The translations under genes and the position numbers were made by a program. From the NCBI GenBank assembly GCA_001179505.1, contig CDMY01000671.1:1-33251 (forward strand): a stretch of 33,251 nt of DNA, read 5' to 3'. Below the pieces are notes generated by a model, which was not told the origin of the DNA, ran no database searches, and was given only the letters and a program-made list of their open reading frames with translations. The stretch is from Vitrella brassicaformis CCMP3155. Its lineage: Eukaryota; Protista; Chromerida. Positions 10,800 to 20,288 of the stretch are shown piece after piece (within the stretch, counting starts at the first letter, position 1; every line of letters starts with the position of its first letter).

Positions 10800-12050
10800 G
10801 TCGCTCTTTTGCCTCGACTGCGGCGGCCAGTGGATAGCATTTGTGCACATCCTGATTGGCTGGCGTGGTCAGTCTGTGTACCACAACGTCGACAGCACAG
10901 GCAAAGGGCACAGTGAGCATGCGGCCGTCCTCTCATGAGCCGTCTCAAACAGCATGCACACGAGCGTGTTATCATGTCGTTTGTCTGTTCCCCACTCGCT
11001 TTCTGTTGCGCATGGCTAGTCAAGCTCTGTGGATCGCTGCTCAGCTTGCGGGTGTCGACACGTGGCAGCTGTGGTCCATGAAGGGGCTCGGTACCTTTCT
11101 GTCTGACTTCTTGTCGAGCATGCGGGAAGAGCAGGCATGTACGGAGTGCTGTGTGCAATGCGGAGACAGGAAGGATGCGTTCTCTTTTGTCAAGGGGGAC
11201 ATTCCATCCATGTTTACCAACATAGATGGAGACAGCGCACTCTCTGCAGCCAGGGAGGTGCTTACTTTAGTTAAGCACCGCACACACGGCAGGTACATCT
11301 GCGTGAAGCGTGGCACACGGGTGGAGGGTCGTATCACCAGACAGCGCAGCAAGAGCAAGCGTGAGGTGTCGTTCACCTTTGATGAGGTGGCGTGCCTGAT
11401 GGCCTTTGCATTGCGTTGGCGAGTGTTTCGCATCGGTTAGATCGTCATGCGTCAGCGGACAGGTCTGCCGATGGGCGGGATGTCCTCCATGGTAATGTCC
11501 GGCCTTGCCTTGTCTGCTCGAGAGAGGGACTTCTGTCGCGAGCAGATTTTCGCCCGGCGGCGGCGGGGCCTTTTCTCGCAGCTACCTTGGCGGGCGGTGC
11601 GTTACGTGGACGACAACCTGTATGGCTCGACTGTCTTATGCCTACCTTGCCTGCGTCGTGTGGCTGAGTGTATATATAGCGGTCGTCTCGCTCTTGACAT
11701 AGAAGAGGTCGGCTCATCTGTTACGTTTCTAGACACACACATTATCGGCACACACGAGCATCCACACATAGAGCACACCAGTCGCAATACCGAGCGTGTC
11801 GACGCGCTGGCCGATATGCGTGTAACGCGCTTTCTGCCTTTCCTTGGCAGTGTGCAAGGTGAGGTCGGAAGCATGAGGGGCATGTTTCAGGGGCATGTTT
11901 TGCGTGCATTGGACTGTTCGCCTTCTCTCGATGCGGCCCGTGTGGCGTTGCGTCGGGTGGTGATGGAATGGCTACTGATTGAGCTACCCGGCTGACTTGC
12001 TGGATAGGTTTGCATGTGCCACACCTCATGTGCATCCACTAGTGAGTGTC
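10800..12050 (+). mobile_element. Penelope-like element (PLE) reverse transcriptase relic; no endonuclease seen
   Basis: RT motifs KGDIPSMFTNID, QRTGLPMGGMSS, RYVDD, VTFLD and thumb-like RALDCS. ORFs 10856-11440 and 11447-11995 are in the same frame, separated by one TAG (11438-11440). There is another TGA at 11993-11995 and an apparent frameshift near 10990. Confidence 0.85.
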
Positions 12051-13665
12051 TTGCGCGCTGCTTTGCGTTCTCTTTTATGTGCACAATACAACCGCGCCTG
12101 ACGTTTTGGCTGCGTGCTCGCGATCGTTGCGTCTCGTAGATCGCGCCTCTACCTTCTCCGCTTGCTTTTTGGCCCTATCGCTGCTGTACAACACTGTCAT
12201 GGGCCCGGCTATCAGCTTCTTTCACACCTGAATCGCCTATCTGCCTTCCTGGTATGCATGCGTGTGGAACACGGGAAGGGACACAGGGATGCAAACGGAT
12301 GTACATATGTGTGTGTTGTCGGTGCGCTGTTGTTGCGTTGGTGTGCTGTGGTTGTGGCAGGTTGTTTTTGGCACCCCTGTGTTTCGTCGCTTTTCCGTTT
12401 GAGTGCTTTCCACAATACTATCTGGTGCGCACTTGTACACACTGACTGGATGGCTGGAATGCATGTGACCATTATGCTGTTGGTGTTCTGCTGGTGTGGT
12501 GGCTATGGCAGGTTGCTTTTCGCACCCCGCTGTCGCATCGCTTTTCGTTCGGGTGCACTCTACATACACTCTCTCTGGTACGCATCAAGACAGACACAGC
12601 CATCCACTCGCATACGCATACTGTCTGTCTGTCTCCCTGGCTGGCTGGCTGTGCATGCAATGTTCTCAGGCGTGTTATTTGCTTTTGCCGGTCGTCTGCG
12701 AGTTTGGCAGCGGCAGTTCCCTGCCTTGTCAACGCTCACAGCGCCCATTGGTTGAGCTCGCTGTATGACCGGCACTGCATGACGGACCTTCACGCCTGAC
12801 GTTCATTCAATCGCTCTCGAGTCCCCATACTTGAGCTGACTTGTGTTAAGCCCTGATCATCGCCATCCGATGGTTAATCGACACAAGACCGCAACCACAG
12901 CCTCATCAAAATGCGTCTCTCCTGTGAACCTTCCGCGCACAGTTTTACCTCTCAAACCGAAAACCTAGACCCGTCGTGCTAGATGCTGCGCTGGATGAAT
13001 GGGGTGGTGCCTAGGGGTTCATTTGCCTTAAACCAACACAATCTCTGAGTATTTTTTTTGGCGGGGTAAATGCATGAAAAGGCGACGAAGTTCGTGCAAG
13101 CCTCAAAGACAATCAACCGAAGATAAGCGCTCAAACCACACAATCAGGCAAACCGATACGAACGAAGCGAAAAAGCACAAGTGCAATCGAAAACAAAGAC
13201 ACAGAAGTATGCGTGTGAGCGCATGTGTCTGAGAGTCTCGTATCTTCATGTGCGTGCGTGTAGGTGTCGGGTGTCCGTGTGCGCTTCTTGAGGTGCTGTT
13301 CTGGGGAGAGCTTTGTGTGTGTGTCCGCATAGTGGCTGCTAGCCGCCACTTGGCTCTCCGCCGCCGGAGAGCGGAGTGGCGCCTGCGTGACCTCTTGCAG
13401 GCACACTCATCCATCCCTTCACATTTGTGTCGAGGGCGTATTTGTGAGTGTCCGGTTGGTTTACACTGGCTAGCGTTCTCTGCACGCCATATACGTGTGG
13501 GTCCGTAGCGTGAAGCGCACGTCACCGGGCTTTTTCAAGAGCCAAATGGCCACCCCAGGCCGGCCGTCCGCTGGGGTGACGTGCGCGTGATGTTGCGTGT
13601 CTGGCATATGTGTTGCTATTGTAGATCTACCCGCCTACTGCTTCTGCCCTCTTACATGTGCGTGT

Positions 13666-13942
13666 TGTCAGAATTGGTGGGAGAGAGAGGCGGTGAGAAT
13701 GGTGAAGAGAGGATCAGTCGGGCGGTCAGTCCCGCCCGAATAAAGGATTAAGTCAATGTGACCAAAGGATATGAATCATGATGCAAAGTCCACGCATGAC
13801 ATGAAGCATAGATCAGTCCATCCTGTCTGACGTCCTGTCTTCCATGGTCTGTCTCATGGACACGCACGAGATCACCATAGGCGTCCTGTCTCACAGATCA
13901 GTAGATCGTCGATCTACGGTGGACCGACTTGCACTTCTGACA
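13666..13942 (-). repeat. 3' LTR (277 bp)
   Basis: TGTCAGAA...TTCTGACA with an 8-bp terminal inverted repeat; differs from the other LTR by about 13 substitutions and 2 small indels (hand count). Confidence 0.95.
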
Positions 13943-13950
13943 CCCCCTCT
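13943..13950 (-). promoter_or_regulatory. Polypurine tract
   Basis: AGAGGGGG on the element strand, immediately before the 3' LTR. Confidence 0.85.
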
Positions 13951-14256
13951 CAAGTCGGTACAAAATAGGGCATCAGTCCTCGTAAAACCATTACTTGACC
14001 AAAATGCTGCGCGAGGGAGGTCTTCGCTACCACAAGAGATCTGCACAAGGAGCAGCTCTTGTCAAGAAGAAAAACCAGAAAGTGATGTGCCAAAGGCCAT
14101 CAGTGGGGCACAAGGACAAGAAGAACAGAGTGAAGCCGCAGATCCAGACGGCGGACATTACTATCAGAGATAGAGAGAAGCGAAGGAGTGCTCCTCTGCA
14201 ACCTCAAGTAAGTGGTCAAAACCACACAAGGAAGGCAAGCACTTCACAAACATCAT

Positions 14257-17200
14257 TCATGACACATTCTGCCTGCCTGTGATCTTCTGACTCAGGTACT
14301 CGTGTGCCTCTCTGCCCAATCCCTTAGTCAGTATGTCAGCGACATTCTCAGATGACGGTACGTAACGCACAGACACAACGCCTAACTGAACCAGATCACG
14401 TAGATAGTGGTAACGCACATCGATGTGTTTGGTTCTCTGGCTGACTATCGGGTTGTGTGAGCTCAGAATGGCACCTCCACTGTCAGCATGCAAGACTGCA
14501 CTGCCAAATCGAATGCCGAACAGCTTCACTTCCTTCACAAAATCAGCTAGGTAGACGAGGGCAGTAGCACACTCACACATTTGTACATATCCTGCCTCGA
14601 CAGAAGATAGAGTGACGATTGGCTGTGTTTTGGCGCTTCACAGGACAGGGCCTCCACACAGAAAAACAACGTGACCCCCACTGGACTTCCTATCCTTGCT
14701 ATCTGCCCATGATGAATCAGAGTACGCACACAAATCCAACACACTGTCTGACTGACATGCATTGAACTCTATCCCTTTCTCCCTTGTTGCACTCAGGTAT
14801 CGCAACACACGCTTGGCTGCTGTCCAGTGGCTCACTCCTGGGTTGTGGGCATGCTTGGCCAGCTCCTTGACGGCGAATGCGATGTCCGGTCGGCACGTAA
14901 CGGAGCAAAACATGAGGGACCCCACAAGTTGTCGATAGGGAATCTTGCTCATCTTCTTCTTTTCGTCCTCGGTCTGCGGTGCCATATCGCCGATCAGTCT
15001 CACACCAGACGCATACGGGAATGGTGTTGAGTTGGCTTGATCCATGTTATACTTGCTGATCATCTTGTCGATGTATTGTGGTTGTGTGACGGTCAGGTGT
15101 CGTCGTGGTCGGTCTCGAGTGATCTTAAGTACCAGGAACACATCAGCCTCGCCCAGATCCTTTGTCGCGAAAACGCTCGACAGCTGTGATTTGAACCAGG
15201 TGACCCCCTCTTCGCGGCTGGCGATAAGGATGTCGTCGACGAACACACACAACATGACTCCTTTGTTGTCGTGCAGGTACACACAGGGTTCCTTGGGATG
15301 ACGGCGGAAGCCGAGATGCAGTAGCCGGTTGTGGAGGGTAATGTTCCACGCACGTGGGGCCTCTTTGAGTCCGTAAAGGGCCTTGCGGAGGCGGACAACA
15401 TATCCCGGGCGCTCGTATCCAGGTGGACACTCCATGAACACTGGCTTGTCGAGCGGCGCGTTGAGAAATGCTGTGTTGACGTCCATTTGGTGAATCTCCA
15501 GATCGAGTTGGTTGGCGATGGCCAAGATTGCTCGCACGACGTGGTAAGAGGGCGTCGGGGCGAACACATCATCCACTTGGTTCTTGTCTTGTTCGAATCC
15601 GCGAGCGATGATGCGGGCCCTGTACTTGTCAGGCTTGAGGGCATACACCCACCGACAGGATATCGGCCGGCTGGTCGCCTGAAAGCGGAGCACATACGAA
15701 CACACCTAGGTCAGTAACCGATTCGATCTCCCGATCCATCGCATCTTGCCAGTGGCAGGCGTTGAATGTCTTGACTGCTTGCTGGTAGGTCTTGGGCACT
15801 TTGGATGCGAAGAGCTGTGTCATCGGTGGCCTCGCGAGTGCTGCTGGTGCATCGATGTCGACGGCCAGGCTTGGCATCGTGTCGTCCACATCGTCAGCAA
15901 CACACAGTCGTTCGATGACGGCAAAGATGTTGTTCTCGTACAGCCACCGAGGGATGAGTTGATCTCGACCTGATCTCCTTCGGTGCTCGGCGTTGTCGTC
16001 TTCTGCCCCCTCCCCCTCTCGAATGACTCTGTAGTTGTCAGTGGCACCTTCATCGGCATCGGCGGCGAGTTCTTCTCCATCTTGGGCATCTTGAGCGGCC
16101 GGCGGTGCTGCTGGTGCTGCTGGCGGCCCTTCGAGCGGTGGAAGGTCGTCGGGCTCTTGTTCTTGGTCTTCCTCGTGTTAATGGACACGCTCATCGTCTT
16201 GATGCTTCTGATATCGGTCATCTTCAGGCTGCTGAGCACGTTGGCGGTCTTGGTGGTCGTCGATCTGCTCGTCAGGTGAGACGGGCGTCTGCGGATACAC
16301 CAAATCAATCCCTAGTGGTCCTCTCGGTTGCTTCTCCTTTGCAGGAAACACGTGCTCATCCACTTCAACGTCTCGTGAGATAACGAATTGACGATCATCA
16401 GGCAACCACACCACATAGCCATCCTTCATATTGAGGTCAAAGCCGACAAGGATGCCTAACTTGGCCCGTGGCTTCAGCTCGCCTCTCTGGTCCTTTCGCT
16501 GATGTACGTACGCTCTCGCGCCGAATGTGCGGATATGCTTGATGCATAGCGGGTAACCCCAGAAGAGTTCGAACGGTGTCTTCTCTCTCGAATTGGTCTT
16601 GGTTGGCATGCGATTTTTGATGTAGGTGGCGGTCTTCGCAGCAAAACACCAATAAGACGAGGGAAGGCCGGATTAGAAGAGTGCTGCACGAGTCAGCTGG
16701 CACACCACTCCAATCGTTCGCTCTGCCACGCCGTTCTGTGACTGATGATGCGGCAGGCTCTTTTCTTGGCGTATCTGGTGCTGCTCGCAGAATGCCTTCC
16801 ATGCACCGGCGATGAGTTCTGCTCCTCCATCGGTCCTCACTGCCTTGGGCATGCGGACGGCCATGCAGTAGTGCATGAACGCCTTTGGTGCAGTGGACTT
16901 CTTCTTGAGGAAGTAGGCCTGCATATAGCGGCTGTAGTCATCCACCATGACCATCAGATACTTGAATTCTCTCTCGCTGAGTTGCTTGATCTGCGCCAGG
17001 TCGACGTGCACTAAATCACCAGGCGACGAGTGACGGAATGCATTTCCCAAGTATGACCGAATCTTCATCTTGGCTTGAAAACACATATCGCACTTATGCT
17101 GCTCTCCCTCCTTCTTCTTGCCTTTCTTGACAATAGATGCGTTGCGGCAGACTTCAGGTAGTCGGTCGACGGTTACATCGTGGTAGTGGAGCAAGCGCTG

Positions 17201-18955
17201 ATAGGCAAGCGGCTCAGTGATGACCTCGGCTACCATCACTCCTGCTTGCTCGCCATTTCCCTCAGCAGGTAAACAGAGGGATGCGCCATCACCACCACAC
17301 GAGTCGATCACGGTTGCTGCTGGTGTCTTGTGCTCTGTCGCCGGTAGGCCATGTGGATGCGAGTAGATGGGGCAGTCGTTGGCATCCCTGTAGATGTCCA
17401 GGTACCAGAAACGACCACGTCTGATGAGTGGGTAGCGGTCTCCTCTCCTTGTTGCGGTCATGTGGGCTGCACCGGGGCCGATAACGAACTCGATGCAGAA
17501 TTTATCTACCAGGTAAGCGACGGAGAATAGGTTGAACTTCAGATCAGGCACGTACAGCACACCATCCACACACACGGTCTTCTTGCCGTTGTTGACCTCT
17601 TTGCAGGTGTACTTGATGCGGCCGACACCTCTGGCTGGTACAGACGTGCCATCGGCCGTGACGATCTTGATGTGTCGGTCGAGTGGCTTGATCTCGTCGA
17701 AGAGAAACTGCTGGTGGCAGCATGTCTTGCCGGCTCCTGAATCGATCATCATCGAGGTAGGTCATACAGACACACCACTGACGTTGACCACCTCTTCCTC
17801 GCGCTCAATGGCCGTGACAGTCCCCACCATCTCCATGTCGGTCACTCTCTGGTTGCAGGTGTCGTCGATCTGATCACACCCGTCGAGTTGATACGCCTGA
17901 ATGCGTTGATTGCGGTTGTTCATGCCGTTCGTGCTCGCGGCATTCATGATGATATCTCCATCCTTGTCGTGACGGACGATGGGCTGCTGCTGCCGCCCAC
18001 CATTGCTCCCTTGATGTCCTCCATTGCCACTCGGGTAGGTGCGGAAAGGCGCCCCTGATGAGTTCCACTGATTGCCGTTCCTTCTATTGTTGTTGTGGTT
18101 GTTGTGGCTGTTGCCGTAGGTTTGGCCGTTGCCGTTTGGTTGGCGTCGCCATTCGTAGCGGTTCTCACGGTTGTCTCGGTAAGGCCGTTCGTTGTTCCTG
18201 TTGCCTCCTTGATACATATCAGGTCGATTGCCGTTGTGTGGCTGACTGTGTTGGCGACCATTCTGGTTGCCCCTTTGTCGATTGCGGTCACGCTGCTGGC
18301 TCATCCTTCTCGCATGCTGCATGCGGTCGTTGGCATTGCGGAGGGCTTCTTCGAATTGCTCCCATGTGAGGTCGTTGAAGCGGTAGTCCAACGAGCTCTT
18401 GAAGCGCTCGAATCGAGGAGGTAGGGCATTGACCATGATGGCAATCTTCGTGTTGTCGGTCGGTTTCTCTCCCATGTCGCTCCGTTGTTTCGCCAGGAAG
18501 TTGAAGTCGGTGAGAGCGTCGTCAATGTCGTCCTTCTCAATTTGATACTGGAAGAAGTTGCGGAGGACCTCATGCCGACAAACGACTCACTCAGGTCCGC
18601 ACCGCTTGCGCAACTCTCAATAGACTCGTGCACCATTCTCGCCATACTTGTCGAATGACTCTTGGATGATCCGTTTCGCCTTGCCTTCTGTGTGCAGGAC
18701 GAGGAAGCCGAAGAGCTGTCGCAAGACGCTCCTCTCTTGCTTCTGCTTCTCGGTAAGGTCTCCCCCTTCTTCACCCGGAACAGGCAGCGGAGAGATGTCT
18801 TCTTCCTTCTCAGGCATCAGGTGCTCGGTGGGCATCTCCTTGGCCAGGAGGAAGGCTCTGAGGGTGAACTCCCACTCGCGTCAGTCGTCCTTGTCTCCAT
18901 TGAAGGTACGGATGACGGTCTTCGGGTCGAATGCAAAGATGGGCTGCTGCGCCAT
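14257..18955 (-). pseudogene. gag-pol polyprotein with in-frame stops and frameshifts
   Basis: ATG at 18955 (MAQQPIFAFDPKTVIRTFNGDKDD*REWEF). Protease MIDSGA; integrase CDMC, VHVDLA, VDDYSRY, VRTDGG and QNGVAER; RT RWVY...KARIIARGF, QMDVNTAFL, LYGLKEAPRAW and VFVDD; RNaseH YSDSSWAD...RKSSGG and KHIDVRYH. Stops at 18881, 18617, 18587, 17762, 16673, 16178 and 14638; frameshifts near 16000 and 15690. Confidence 0.95.
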
Positions 18956-19200
18956 AGCTGCTGCTCAGGTCGACCGGTCAGGATCGTCACACTGGCTGCT
19001 GCTGAAGAGGCGCTTTATGCTGATCAGGCCCTTCGGGGCTGATAACACCGAGAGAACGCGGACTGATAGACCGGTTAGGATCTATCAGCTGCTGCACAGA
19101 CAAGACTGCTGAGAGACTGCCGATAGACGGATAGACAGACGATAGACGGATAACAGACAGACCTGTTAGGATCTGCCGATCAGGCGGGAAAGGCAAACTC

Positions 19201-19214
19201 ACTCGCTGCGCCCA
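19201..19214 (-). promoter_or_regulatory. Putative primer-binding site
   Basis: TGGGCGCAGCGAGT directly follows the 5' LTR end (CA) on the element strand; the priming tRNA is not identified. Confidence 0.6.
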
Positions 19215-19485
19215 TGTCAGAATTGGTGGGAGAGAGGCGGTGAGAATGGTGAAGAGAGGAGCAGCCAGGCGGTCAGTCCCGGATAAAGGATTAAGTCAAT
19301 GCGACCAAAGGATGTGGATCATGGTGCAAAGTCCACGCATGACATGAAGCATAGACCAGTCCATCCTGTCTGACGTCCTGTCTTCCATGGTCTGTCTCAT
19401 TGACACGCATGAGATCACCATAGCCGTCCTGTCTCACAGATCAGTAGATCGTCGATCTACGGTGAACCGACTTGCACTTCTGACA
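19215..19485 (-). repeat. 5' LTR (271 bp)
   Basis: Collinear with 13666-13942 and has the same TGTCAGAA/TTCTGACA termini. Confidence 0.95.
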
Positions 19486-19527
19486 ATACGGAAGGGGTGG
19501 GGGGGGGGGGGAATGCCGGGGGGCTTT

Positions 19528-19827
19528 NNNNNNNNNNNNNNNNNNNNNNNNNNNNNNNNNNNNNNNNNNNNNNNNNNNNNNNNNNNNNNNNNNNNNNNNN
19601 NNNNNNNNNNNNNNNNNNNNNNNNNNNNNNNNNNNNNNNNNNNNNNNNNNNNNNNNNNNNNNNNNNNNNNNNNNNNNNNNNNNNNNNNNNNNNNNNNNNN
19701 NNNNNNNNNNNNNNNNNNNNNNNNNNNNNNNNNNNNNNNNNNNNNNNNNNNNNNNNNNNNNNNNNNNNNNNNNNNNNNNNNNNNNNNNNNNNNNNNNNNN
19801 NNNNNNNNNNNNNNNNNNNNNNNNNNN
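19528..19827. other. Assembly gap (300 N)
   Basis: Run of N; same length as the second gap, so probably a placeholder size. Confidence 0.99.
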
Positions 19828-19990
19828 GGGGGGAATGCCGGGGGGCTTTGTTCGAGCTACCGCCTGCTCAGTGCAAAGCACTTCGGTGGCAGCCCGGCTC
19901 GGCGTTCCGTGCCTCATCTGCGCCTTGCCGACCCCGCGAAAGACCTTGGTGGTCCGTGTGGCGTTTGGGGGCCATCTGGAGACTTGGTGA

Positions 19991-20247
19991 CTGGCCGTGT
20001 GCCAGTGCAAGCGTACCTCGCGTGTCTGAAGACGTCCCTGCCAGGCCGTGAGCCTGTTTGCGTCTGAGCGACACCCCAGCCGGCCGTGTGCCGGTGTCGA
20101 GTGTGGTTGTCGGAGGACAGTGTTCTGCGACGGGCCGTGCGCCTGTGCAGCTTGGCCGTGTGCCTGAGGAGTTGCCCTTTCCGGCCGTGCGCCGGTGTCG
20201 GGGTAGGCCGTGTGCCTAACAGGGAGTTGCGGCAGGCCGTGCGCCTG
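19991..20247 (+). repeat. Array of eight GGC-CGTG(T/C/A)-GCC mini-hairpins with unique spacers
   Basis: 11-bp cores at 19993, 20044, 20082, 20133, 20154, 20183, 20206 and 20235. The flanking dinucleotides differ between copies but remain complementary in 7 of 8. Confidence 0.85.
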
Positions 20248-20288
20248 TATTGTTCCGTGCTTGTTTCCCTGCCTTGACCAGGCAGGGC

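Larger units (their letters stand above)
13666..19485 (-). mobile_element. Full-length Ty1/copia LTR retrotransposon, decayed
   Basis: Two TG...CA LTRs, PBS- and PPT-like sites, and gag-PR-IN-RT-RNaseH in copia order. Confidence 0.97.

Noticed and set aside
13931-13947. LTR start TGTCAGAAGTG resembles a tRNA-Leu PBS (TGGTGTCAGAAGTGGG)
   Set aside because: It lies inside the LTR terminus at both LTRs and follows the PPT, so it is not at a PBS position; most likely coincidence with the TGT... terminal inverted repeat.
13844-14282. Plus-strand ORFs near the 3' LTR as an extra (env-like or antisense) gene
   Set aside because: They are short, overlap the LTR, and show no recognisable motif or hydrophobic segment.
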